From NCBI GenBank assembly GCA_964493515.1, contig CAZBNJ010000001.1, positions 10,866 to 74,865 on the forward strand: a stretch of DNA of 64,000 bases, given 5' to 3'. Position numbers and translations under genes: made by a program. The stretch is from an uncultured Oscillospiraceae bacterium (GTDB taxonomy: Bacteria > Bacillota > Clostridia > Oscillospirales > JAAYOS01). The notes beneath the pieces are model-generated. The model did no database searches, was not told the DNA's origin, and was given only the letters and a program-made list of their open reading frames with translations. This document shows, piece after piece, positions 39,601 through 51,600 of this stretch (within the stretch, counting starts at the first letter, position 1; each line of letters opens with the position of its first letter).

Positions 39601-42600
39601 AGGTCTTTTCGGTCAGCGCGGTATACTCGCCGTACAGCTTGTAGAACTCGATGCGCGACTTCTCCGCGTCGTGCCACTTTACAAGCAGCTCGTCGTAGCT
39701 CGCGTTCGCCTTTTCGATGAGCAGCTTCTTTGCGTAGGCATACGCGCCGTTATAGCGGTGCTGGAGCTGCTGCCAATCGGGATCGTAGCGGGTGGCGTAC
39801 TTGTGCACCGAGCTGTATCCCTCGTCGACCAGCTCGCTCAGACGGTCATACTCGACCGCCGCGAGGTAGCGATAGCGCACCGGAAGCGCGATATTGGTTA
39901 TGTTCGTCTCGTTCTCATTCTCGAACTTGAACGCGCCCGCCTCATATGCCGCGTCGAACGCTCCCGTGTAGGAGTCGACGATGCGCTCTGCGAGGTCGCC
40001 GAAGCCGAACTCGTCGAGTGCGTTCACGGCGGTCTCGATAGTCTTGTCGTCCGCGTCCGCGCCGATATTCTTGGTCGTCTCGAGTATCACGCCGAGGCCG
40101 CCGAGCAGTCCGTCCACATCCTCGCCGAGCATGTAGATGTGCGGCAGGATGCCGTCGGTGGTGACGAGCGTCTTGTTCTCGCCGTCACCGGTGACGCCGG
40201 TGATGCGTCCGTTCTCCTCGTACTCCATCGTCATGAGCACCATATGGTTGTTGCCCATGCCGAGTCCGACGACCGAGTGCATGTAGTCGCCGCCCTCGTG
40301 ATCGCCGTCGCCGTAAGTGTTCAGCATCGGCTGCGGGAAGTCCGCCATGCTGTTCATGCGGGTGTTGTCGCGACCGATGAGTCCGAGGTAGCTGCTGCCG
40401 GACACGAATACCAGTCCGCTGGCGGTCAGCACCGCCATGTTGTTGTCGGTTATGACAAGCTCCATCGCGCCCTGGATGCCGGGCACGCGTGCCGGATAGG
40501 AGTACTGGTTGGTGTTTGCGAACGCGCCGAGGCGGTGGTTGAGGTTCGAGTCGCCCCAGACATAGACTTCGCCGTTCTCGGTTATCGCGGCGGAGCTGGA
40601 GCCGGACGCGAACACGCGCAGTATGCGACCGGTGCTCTCGTCGCCGAGGTAGCCGACGCCGCCCGGTCCGGCGACCATCGTCGGCACCGCGTAGGCAGTG
40701 ACGTCGCTCGAGTCCGCTCCGCGCAGACCCAGGCTCGAGTAGCTGTTCAGACCCCATGCGTACACGCGGTCACCGACCGTCGCGAGCGCGTGATTGTCGC
40801 CCGCCGCGACCGACAGCACTCCGGTCAGGTTCTGACCGTTCGCCATCTTGACCGGGACGTAGACGGTGCTCTGCTTCTCGCTGAGGTTCAGCTGACCGAG
40901 CTGTCCGTTCTGGTTCGAGCCCCAGGCATACGCACGGCCCTGGCTGTCCACAGCCACGCTGAACGCGAGACCCGCAGCGACCTGCGGCGCGACGCCCAGC
41001 CTCGAGTTGCGCTTGTACACGCGCGTCGATTCGGTCCTGGTCTCGACCAGCTTATACAGCTTGCCGCCCGCCTGAGCCTTGTCCTCGTCGGTCACATGGG
41101 TGACGATGCGGCTGACGGTGGTCTTGAATTCGGTGATAACGCCGTCTGCGGCACGCGAGTATCTGGTGGTGCTCGACTCGTTCGCGGCGCTCGACTCGGG
41201 ATCGTCGCCGGGCTGGAGATCCTCGTCGCCGATGTAGCTGGTCGCGGTCGTCGGCTTGCTCGAGGTCGATATCTCGTCGAAGAAGTATCCGGCGTAAGGC
41301 AGGACCTCAACGTCCAGATAGGTCTGGAGATACAGGTCGTCGAACTCCTTCTCGTACACGACTATCTTTGCCGTGCCGACGCCGACATAGGTCATCTCGC
41401 CGTACTCGTCCACCGTCACGACCGTCTCGTCGGTCGAGGCAAACAGGTACTGCGCCTTCTCGTTCATGTCAAGCGGCAGCTCATAGTAGGCGTTGAACTG
41501 CTTGATGTACGGATTTATGCGCCAGCCGGAGACTATGTTCGTCGCGCCGGTGTACGGCAGGACGTAGACATAGCGGTTGGCGACAACGCCGTCAAGCTCG
41601 TTTGCGAGCGCCAGCTCATAGTTGTAGGTGTATCCGGGCAGGTCGCGGTAGGTCGCGTCCTCGCCGTCGCGCTTGTGGAGCACGTCCGCGCCGATGACCA
41701 GGTTGCCGAGCTGACCGTAGTCGCTCTGACCCCATGTCAGGAAGTCGCCGTTGGTCAGGACCGCGGCGCTGATGCCGTCGTCGCGCGACTCGCTCGAGCC
41801 TATTGAGGCTATGCGCAGGCCCTCGCCGGTGTCCACCGACACGACGCCGCGCAGGATGCTCATTTCGGTCTCCATCATGCCCGGATCGATCACTTCGCCG
41901 GTTATCGGGTCGACGGTGTCGTCGACCTCCAGTGCCTCGCCCGCACGGATGAAGCTGAAGTAGCTGCGGGTATCCGACGAGCCGTCGCCAAGCTGTCCGG
42001 TCGTTCCCACGCCGGTCGAGACCGCGAATGTCTCGGTGGTGCCGTCGGCAAGCAGGAACCTGACCAGCGCGACGGTGGTGGTGCCGCCCATCGGCGTGAC
42101 GCTGAGTATCTTCGCGCCGTCGAGGTTGAAGCTCTTGCCCATTCCCTCGGTCTCGCTTATCGTCTTTGCGAGGTTGGAGAAGTAGCTGGTGCTCGTCAGA
42201 TTGTTGTTTTCGACGTAGTTCATCGCCACATCGTAGTTCTCCGCCGCCGGAGTGCCCATGCCGAGAGCACCGGTGGTTGCCTTACCGGTGTGGTTGAGTG
42301 TCGTATCGAATGTGCTGAGGTCGCCGCCGCGCGCGTAGATGTCGCCGTCCTCGGTGCTCGCGAATATCACGCCGGTCGTGCCCTCGATGTCGGTTATGCG
42401 GCTGTCGATTCCGGTGCTGGCGTTCTCCATCGAGTAGGTCTTTTCGGCGGCGTTCCAGGTCATCAGATGGCCGTAGAGGTCAAGCAGGTAGCTCGACGAG
42501 CCGTTCACCGCCGCGACATCGAACACGTCGGCTATCGGCAGCATCTTCGGCGTGTAGTTCGGATCCGCAAGCGAGCTGCCGGTGCCGAACTGCATCGACG

Positions 42601-45600
42601 ACGCGCTGCCCCAGTAGAACAGGTCGCCCAGCTCGCTGACGGCTATCGCGTAGCCCTCGTAGCCGTTGGCGGTGTGATAGCTTCCGGTGTAGATGTCGGC
42701 AATGCGCACCTGCCTGTCGGGATCGCCGAAGGTATGAGTGTTGGTGAAGTGCTCGACAAGCGTCGGCGTGCCGTAGGTGGTCTTGACAACAACGCCGCTC
42801 GCGTCGGTGTAGGTCAGATCGGCGACCTGGCCGTGCTGATTCGAGCCCCACGCCCAGACGCTTCCGTCGGTGTCGATGGCAAGCGCGAAGTCGATACCCG
42901 CGGCGAGCTTGACGATGCGGACGTTCTCGGTCACGGCGACATAGTTGTTCGTCAGCGCCGTGCGCACCGTGTAGCTGCCCGTCTCATAGGTGTAGTCATA
43001 CTCGCCCGGCGTGTAGACGCTCTTGAGCTTGCCGGTGGCGGTCGCGCCCGGCTTCAGCTCGTAGCGGACCGTCTTGTTGAACTTCAGCTTGGTCGGACGG
43101 CTCTCCAGTCCGCCGACGCTGCCCGTGCCTATACCGAGCTGGCCGTAATCGTTGCGGCCCCACGCCCAGACGGTGCCGTCCGCCTTCAGCGCGAGCACGA
43201 AGTCCTCGCCAACCGCGACCTGGGCATGCGCCACAAGCTGCTGCTCGGTGGTGAAGGTGTAGTTGAAGTTGACGTCCTTCGCAACTGCGGTCGGGGTTTC
43301 GACCTCGTCCGCGTGGATCTCGTTGAAGTAGCTGTACTCGTACGGCTTGAGCACGGTTATGCCGAACTCGAGCGTACGGGTGGTCGCGGCGTCGCTGACC
43401 GTCACGAGTATCTTGGTCTGACCGTAGCCGACCGCCGTGACGATTCCGTTCGCGTCCACGGTCGCGACGGTGGTGTCGAGCGACTTGTAGCTGACGTTGT
43501 AGCCCGCAGTCCTCGCCGCGGTCAGTCCCTTGTGGACCGTCGGCGCGGAGTGGAGCAGGTTGAAGCCCTTGGACACGGTGTAGTTCGCCGCGAGGTCGAA
43601 GGTCGAGGCCGCGTCAACAAAGTTGTTGTTATCGGTAACCTTTGCGAGATCCTCCGCTATCGACAGCGGGATCCACGAGCGCTCGCCGTCGACGGTGAAC
43701 AGCTCCGCCGAAAGCTTTGCGAGCGTCGAGTACGGGGTGTTCTCGCCGATGCGTCCTATCTGACCCGCCGAGTTGTCGCCGAAGCTCCAGACACGTCCGT
43801 CGCGGTCGACGAAGCTGGTGAAGTATCCGCTCGCCGATATGCCGGCGCTCAGCACGTCCTTGACCACGCCCGAGGCGGTGGTGGAGGAGGTGTTGGTCGG
43901 CGCGATGGTGTAGACAAGGTTGCCGTCGACCGGGCTGTTGTCCTGGAAGCCGACGCCCAGCTCGCCGTACTTGTTGTCGCCGCCGAGCATCATCAGCCAG
44001 CCGTTGGCGTCGAGCATCGCAAGCGAGTTGCCGCCGCCGATGGTCATTATGCCGCCCTTGTAGCCTATCGGGTTAGTCTTCGGGTCTATCTCCTCCTTGG
44101 TGGAGGTCAGACGCTCGGGCAGGGTGATGTATGTACGGCTGTCGTTTACCAGGCCGTCGTTGTAGCCCCAGACGTACACGTTTCCGGTTATGTCGTTCTC
44201 GTGCGCCACGTTGCCGACAAAGACGTGCATCGTCGGCGACTGGAGCATGATGTAGCTGGTCGCGGCTGCGAACCTGTTGCCCGCGGCGACGCTCATCGAG
44301 CGGTACGGCATCGCGACCGAGCCCTGCGCTCCGGTGTTCGTCTCGTTGCCGAACTCATAGTTGCGGTTCGAGCCGGTGGCGCTTATCGAGCCGTTGCCGC
44401 CGAGAGCGTATGCGGTCGCCGAGCCGCTTGCGGATACCGCCGCGACTATTCCATTCGAGCTGCGCATCGCCACCGGACGCGAGAAGTACTCCGCCGACTG
44501 CGTGTTTATCTGATAGTTCACGTTGTCGCCGGTACCGTACAGGTTCGACGAGATGCGATGCTGCTTTGTCACATATTCGATAGTGCCGTCCTCGGCGCGC
44601 ATGGCGTCCTCGGTGCGGTAGTAGGCGCTGCGGAGCATTATCGCAAATCCGTGGCCGTCATCCTCGCCGCCGACAGCGATGTCGACGACCTCCTGGATGA
44701 AGTTCGACTTGTAAGTGGACACCGTTCCCGCCGGCGCAAGCACCTGCACCGCGTACGGATAGCGGGTGAAGTACATATCGGTGCGCACCGCGTCCTGACC
44801 GAGCTGTCCGCGGTCGTTGCGGCCCCATGCCCAGACGGTGCCGTCGTTCTTCAGCGCGTAGACGAAGTTTCCGGCCGCGTCTATCTTGCGGACGTTGTTC
44901 AGGTAGCCGAGCACGACATCGCCCTCAGCGAAGAACTCGGTCACATCGACGCCGTTCTTCTTGCCCACGACCACATATTCGCCCTTGACGCCGTCCTTGG
45001 TGTCGGTGCCCTTGGCGTAACGGACGGTCTCGTCCGCGTTGTACATGACCGAGCGCACCTGCTGCGGCGTGGAGTAGCTGCCGTAGATGCTGCCTATGCC
45101 CAGCTCGCCCCACTCGTTGGTGCCCCACGTCCAGACGGTGCCGTCGCCTGCGAGCGCCGCCGAGAAGCTGGTGCCGCTTGCAATCATCGGGAAGGAGACG
45201 CTCGTGCCGTGTCCGTATCCGACGTTTCCGAGCGACGTGTTCGTCTTGTCCTTGTTGTACTTGCCGGTCTTTACCTCGGTCTGCGCGGTGTACGCGTCAT
45301 AGATGTCCTGCCAGTAGCCGCCGTCGATGCCGATGACATCGGTGTGCAGCCACGCGGGCGCGTTCGACGGAGTGCCGGCGCGGTAGACCGACGCGTACTT
45401 CTCGTCGAAGTTGGCCGAGTCGACCAGCTTGTTCAGATCCTCATAGATCTCGCCCGTCTCGCTGCGATGCGGCACGGTGATAGTGTTCTTCTCGGTCACC
45501 TCGTCCGCGGGACGTACCTCGACCTTTATCGCGCCGACTATCAGGCTGTCGTTTGCGACCGACACGATGATATAGCTGGTGCCGGCGTGCAGTCCGGTGA

Positions 45601-48600
45601 TGCCCGGGCGCTTGTCGCACTGGTCGATGAGCGGGTCGATTATCGGGTCGCCGTCCATGTTCAGGTCGTAGTAGCTGACCTTGACTATGTCGTTGTAGCT
45701 TATCTTGTAGCCGGTAAGCTCGGCGGCCTCCTGCGGAGTGTACAGGCTTCCGGTGCTCTGGTTCGTCTTGGTTATGACGTTGGTGAGCATACGCTCCTCT
45801 TCGGTCCAGTCGCTGTCCACCGCGTCGTCCCACGCGAACCACGCAAGCTCCTGATTCTGGCTGTCGCTCTCGGCATCCTGGAACACGTTGAACGCGGAGA
45901 TGACCGGCGTTGTGTCGAAGTAGAAGGTCTCACCCTCGCGCACCGACACCGAGTAGTCCTCCATGATGAAGTAGCTCGCGCCAACGCGCACCGGAACGTC
46001 GGTCGGGTTGGAAGTGCCGTCGCCCAGACGTCCGCGCATGTTCGAGCCGTAAGCCCACAGCGAGCCGTTGTCCTTGAGGAATATCGAGTGTCCGTCCACA
46101 GCTGAGACCGAGTTCTTGACCTCGACGACGCCGCTCATCGCGGTGCCCTCGATGTCGGTCGAGCCGCTCGACACCTGACCCTCGATGCCCCAATAGCGGC
46201 GGGTCTCGTCGTTGACATACAGCCGCTTCGCATCATCGTAGCCGCGGTTCACGCCCGCCACGTTGTTGCGGTAGTACTCGGCGGTAAGCACGGCGAGCAT
46301 CTCACCTATCGGCTTGTGCACGGTCGAAGTCGCTATCGACTGCTTCTCGCCGTTTATCGCGAGCTTCGCGTCATAGGTGTAGTAGGTATCGGTCCTGTCG
46401 CCGTTCAGCTTGTAGTACCAGTCGGAAGCCGTCTCACCGAGGTCGGTGTACAGCGTCGCGGTCTCGGTGACTGCGCTGTCGCCCGTGCCGGAGGTGATGA
46501 CCGTGATGGTGTTCGCGTCCTCCGAGGTGTAGAACTTGTCGTTCTTGGCGTTCATGTCGCCCTGGCCGAGTCCCGGGCCGTACAGCGGGGTATCCTCGCC
46601 CGGCTCGGCGTCCGGATTGTATATCTCGAACATGCCGACCGACCACAGATAGCCGTCGTTGTAGCCGACCTGGAGGTACTCGGAGATGTCCGCAGTCTGC
46701 GGGAACGCCACGCTCAGGTCGGTGATGTAGTAGTCGTAACCGACCGGACGGTCGCCGCCGTACAGTATGTTGTTGATGAACATAAAGTCGGTCGCGGTGG
46801 TAAAGCCGATAACCACCGAGGTCGTGTCATACTTCGCCGCGCCGACAAGTCCGTCCTTGCCCGCGTTCGGAAGCATATTCTCGTAGACCGTCCAGTAATC
46901 GCTCGACGGCGCAGTGACGTTCGAGGTGGACAGCGGCACGAACTTCGACTCGTTGCCGTACTTGTCGACCCTCGTCATATATCCGACCACGTCGCCGTTT
47001 GACACGACCACGGTGTAGCCGTCTATCTGCGCTATGCCGCGGCGGACGTCATTCATCTCGATAAGCTCATCCGGGTCGGCGTGGGCGTAGATGCCCGCGT
47101 TCGGGTTCTGCTCGTCGTAAGGCAGGCTCGACGGATCGTCCGGATCGTACAGCTGCTTGGTGTACACCTTCTCGTGCTCGACGTTGTTGTCCGGATCGTA
47201 CACGTCGCGGAAGTCGACGCCCTGCGTGAGCGTGGTTCCGTTGAAGCTGACGACCGTGCCGTCATCCTGAATGAGCGACACATCGACCATGTACCTGCCG
47301 TGCTTGATGAAGCCGGTGCCCTCCTTCGGGCCGTAGATATAGCCGTAGCTGAGGTGCTCGTAGGTCTTAGGCTGCGCGTAGTTCTCGATAACGCCGCTGA
47401 CGCGCTCGAACATGTCGCCGTTCACCTTGGTCACGACCTCGGTCGTCTCGTCGGTGTACGGGTCGGTCTCCTCGGTTATCGTGTCCGCGATGACCGCGAC
47501 ATACTCGCCGTACTCATCCTGGACAAACTCATAGTAGTAGCTGTATATCGGTATGCGGACGGTCGTCATCGGCGGCTGGCCGAATCCGCCGTAGCCCGGC
47601 TCGGGATCGGGCGTATCGCCGCCCTCTTCGCCCTCGGTCTCGCCGGCAAAGAGGCTTATCTCCGTGTATCCGGTGACTATGGCTATCTTGTTGTGATACG
47701 CCGCCATCGGCAGGTCGCCGGTGATTATCTCGTACTCGTCATACTCGGCGTCGCCGTCCTCGGTTATGAACTCGCCCCTTGCGTTCGCGAGCCTGAAGCC
47801 TTCGTATTCGTCCTCGCTGACGACGCTCGCGCCGAACAGACCGGTGTTCGCCTTGCGGACAACGCCCACGCCCTCGAGTATGGTATGGACGTAGGTATTG
47901 GTGTCGTATGCCGCAACGGGCAGCTCCTCGTCGTCCTCGCCGTCCTCGCCGACATTCGGCAGCTCGGGAGCAATCGTCTCCTGGCTTATGACCGTGCCCG
48001 CAAACGTGGGCAGATCCGCGATGTTCGCCACGATGTCGTAGCGCTCGGCGGTCACGATAATGCCGGCGCCCGTCTCATCGACCATCTGCTCGCCCGCGTA
48101 GATTATACGGTCGTGCTGTCCGTTGGCGTAGCGGGTGTCGTTATACTGGTCGTAGATTCCGCCCCACGTCTTGACCTGACCGCGCACGGTCAGCGCGACC
48201 GCGTTGTACACGCCGCCGCTGACGGTCAGTGCGCGTCCGCCGAGCGTTGCGCGCTCGATGGTCTCGCGGGTGCTGTATCCGCCGTACGGGTTGTAGCTGT
48301 CGTTGTTCTCGCCCCAGGTCATTATCTGACCGTCGCGCTTGATGACGCGCATATTCGCGCCGATCTTGTCCTCGGACAGCGTGTACGCGTCGCGCAGCGT
48401 CGACTGGCTGTTCGAGATGTTGACCGGCAGGGTCATGACCTGCGTCGCGACGCCCAGCGACTGCGGGTTCGCGCTCGGATCGACCACGCCGTGGTAGTTG
48501 TAGCCCCACTCGAATATGCGTCCGTCGACGTCCATCGCCGCCGAATACTGGCGGGTGGTGGTTATGTTCATCGACGAGCCGGTGTAATATCCGACGGCGT

Positions 48601-51600
48601 TGCCCGAAGCGGCGATGTCGATTATCTTGGAGCTTGCCGAATCCGCGCCCAGCATCGCGCCGTCCTTGGCGAAGTTCGAGCCTCGCACCAGCTGTGCCGA
48701 GTAGTACGCCTTGGTGACCAGCGATCCGACGCCGATAGCGCCGCGGCTGTTGTCGCCCCACGCGTACACGCGGCCGTCCTCGGCAAGCGCCAGGTTGTGC
48801 GTTGCGCCCACCGCTATCTTGATTATCCTGCCGGTGCCCGAGCTGTCTGCGCCGAGCGGCTCATAGCTGCCCTCGCCGTTCTCGTTGACCTTGTAGACGG
48901 TGACCTCGATCGGCACGTTCGAGTAGGTGGTGCTGCGCTCGACGCCGAGCTGTCCGAGGCTGTTGTCGCCCCACGCCCAGACGGTGCCGTCCGACTTGAG
49001 CGCCACGGTGTGATACGCGCCGACGCCTATCATCGGGAAGGTGATGTCGCGGATTTCCTTGTCCTCCGCATCCGGAGCGACGCCCACGCGGAAGTAGCCC
49101 ACGTTGCCGCGAGCATCGGTCGCTATGATGTAGCTGAAGCCCGCCTTCTCCTTCATCGTTATCGCGCCGAAGGTGGACGCGTCGGTCCAGTCGTTGCCGA
49201 TGGTCGCGACCTGCTCGTTGGTCGACTCGAAGAACAGCTCGCTCGGGTCGGGACGATACTCGGTCGGGCCGTAGGCGTTGAAGCCGACGTGCGCGACGAT
49301 GTCGCTGACGAGTATATCCAGCTCGTCGTTGTACAGGAAGGTGGTGAGCATGCTGCCGTCCGGCTGGACGAGCGTGTCGTAGCGCATCGAGCTGGTCGTG
49401 CCGTAGCGGAAGTTTACGGTAGCCTGCGCCGAGCCGTGCGGCATGACGAAGCTCGCGCCGCTGCCCTCGTTGTGGACGGCGGGCTTGACCTCGCTGTGCA
49501 GCAGGCTGGTCGCGCTGACTATCGGGTAGAACGGATATCCCGGAGTGGTGGTCGAGCTTATCGTTATCACGTCGCCCGGACGCACGCCGTAGACTATCTG
49601 GACGGTCGGGCCCTCGCCCTCGCCGCCGATATCCTTGCCAAGCTCCGCCTTGAACACGCCGTTGATGTACACCTTGGCGATGTTCTGCGACAGCTCGTTG
49701 GTGCGATAGTTGTCCTCGATGATGAACTTTATCGGGAAGGTCTCGAGCTGCGCGGTGGCCTCAAACTCGACCTCGAGCACCGCGTCCGACTCGGGCATCA
49801 CGAACGGTATGGTGTAGCTGCCGTCCGCCGACGCGCTGCCGAGCGCGAGCGGAAGCTTGACCTTGCCGCTCTGAGTGGACAGCTGGACATACCGCACGGT
49901 GTAGCCGTCGATCGGCTTTATCGTGGCGGTCAGAGTGGTGCCCGCCATTATCGAGCTTGCGTACGAGCCGCCGTACGGCACCTCAACGCTGCCGTAGCCC
50001 CTGTTGTAGTCGGTGGTAAACGAGTACATGGTCGGGCCGGTGCCGAAGACGTTGGTCACGTTGACCGCGATGCGCACCGTCTCGGTGGTCATCTTGAAGT
50101 GTGCGGTGTAGATGCCGCGCTCAGCGTCATATTCGGTCGACAGCGCGCGAACCTCTCCGCTCGAGCCGACGGTATAGACGGTGCCGAGGCGCGCGCCCTC
50201 ACCGACCTTAACCGCGAGGTACACGGTGTCGGTGCCGCTGTGCGCCTGGATTGCGGTTGAGCCGAGCATCTCGGGCGTCGCGCCGGCGTTCAGCATCAGT
50301 CCGGCGGTGGTTCCCGAAGCGGTCGGATCGAGCACCTGCACCGTTGCGGTGTAGGTGGGCAGCTCTCCGGTGTCGTCGAATATGACGCTGGAGATGTCGA
50401 GATAGCTTCCGCCGCCGTCCATCAGAACGAGGGTCGGCTGCGCCTTGTCCGAATATGTTCCGTCGCCCGCCTGACCGCGAGCGTTGTCGCCCCATGTGTA
50501 GACCGAGCCGTAGTCGTTGTCGTACGCGAGCACAAAGTTGTCGTACGGCGAGGTGGCTATCGCCATGATGCGGTCTATCGGCAGGGTCGGGTCGGAGTTG
50601 TTCGCCTCGCCCGCGATGACCTGGAGCGCGGTCTCGTTGTAGGCAAGCGAGCGTCCCTCCTTGCCCACGCCGAGCTGACCGTCGCTGTTCGAGCCGGCAG
50701 CCCAGACCGTCTTGTTGGTGTTCCTTCCGCCGGTCGAGCCTGCGTAGAGCACATAGCCGGTGCGTCCGACGGTGACCGCGGTCGCGTTGGTGCCCTCGCG
50801 GTTGAAGGTGGTCTCGCTGAGAACGGTGGTTATGGTCGGGACAATGTAGGTCACGTCGTCCATTATCGGCCTGCCCCTGTTGTCAAGCACCGGGTTGCCG
50901 TCCTCGTCGACGCGCTCGACCTTTACGACGTACTCTATCTCGCCGTTGGTCACGGTCGTCTTGCTGACAAGCGCGTCCTTGACGGCTGCCGGACGCGAGT
51001 AGACGTTGCGTCCCGGATCGTCCTTCATCTTATTGCCGTTCGTGTCGGTAACGCCGACTGCCTCCTTGGCCTCGTCGCCCTTGAGATACGCCTGCGTGTA
51101 CAGCTTCTGGATGGTGGTGGTCACGCGCACGCCGAGCTGTCCGTAGGTGTTGTCGCCCCAGACGGCTACCTTGCCGTCGTTTGCGCGCTTGCCGTCCTTG
51201 TCCGTCGTGCCGCCCTCGAGTATCGCCATCACGCTGCCGAAGCCGCCGGATATCGCGACAGCGTTCGACTGCACCGCGCCCTCGGCGTACGAGTGACCGA
51301 TGCGGCTCGCGTTCGCGGTTCCGAAGTCGGCGTCCTTACCCCAGCTGATGACGTCGCCCGAGCGGGTCAGGACGTGGCTGGAGTAGCGGTTGGCGGAGAT
51401 GCCGTAAGCGAGCGCGTCGCTCGGCAGCTGTATCTGTATCGGATAGACTGAGTTGGGCAGGACGTATCCGGACGCGTCTATCCTCGGATAGAGCGTCAGC
51501 TGGCTGTTCTGCATATCGCCGGTGCCGTAGAGCTTGCCGCTCTCGGTCAGTATCAGGACGTGCTGGTAGCCCGCCGAAATGTCGACTATGCGGTCGGTCG

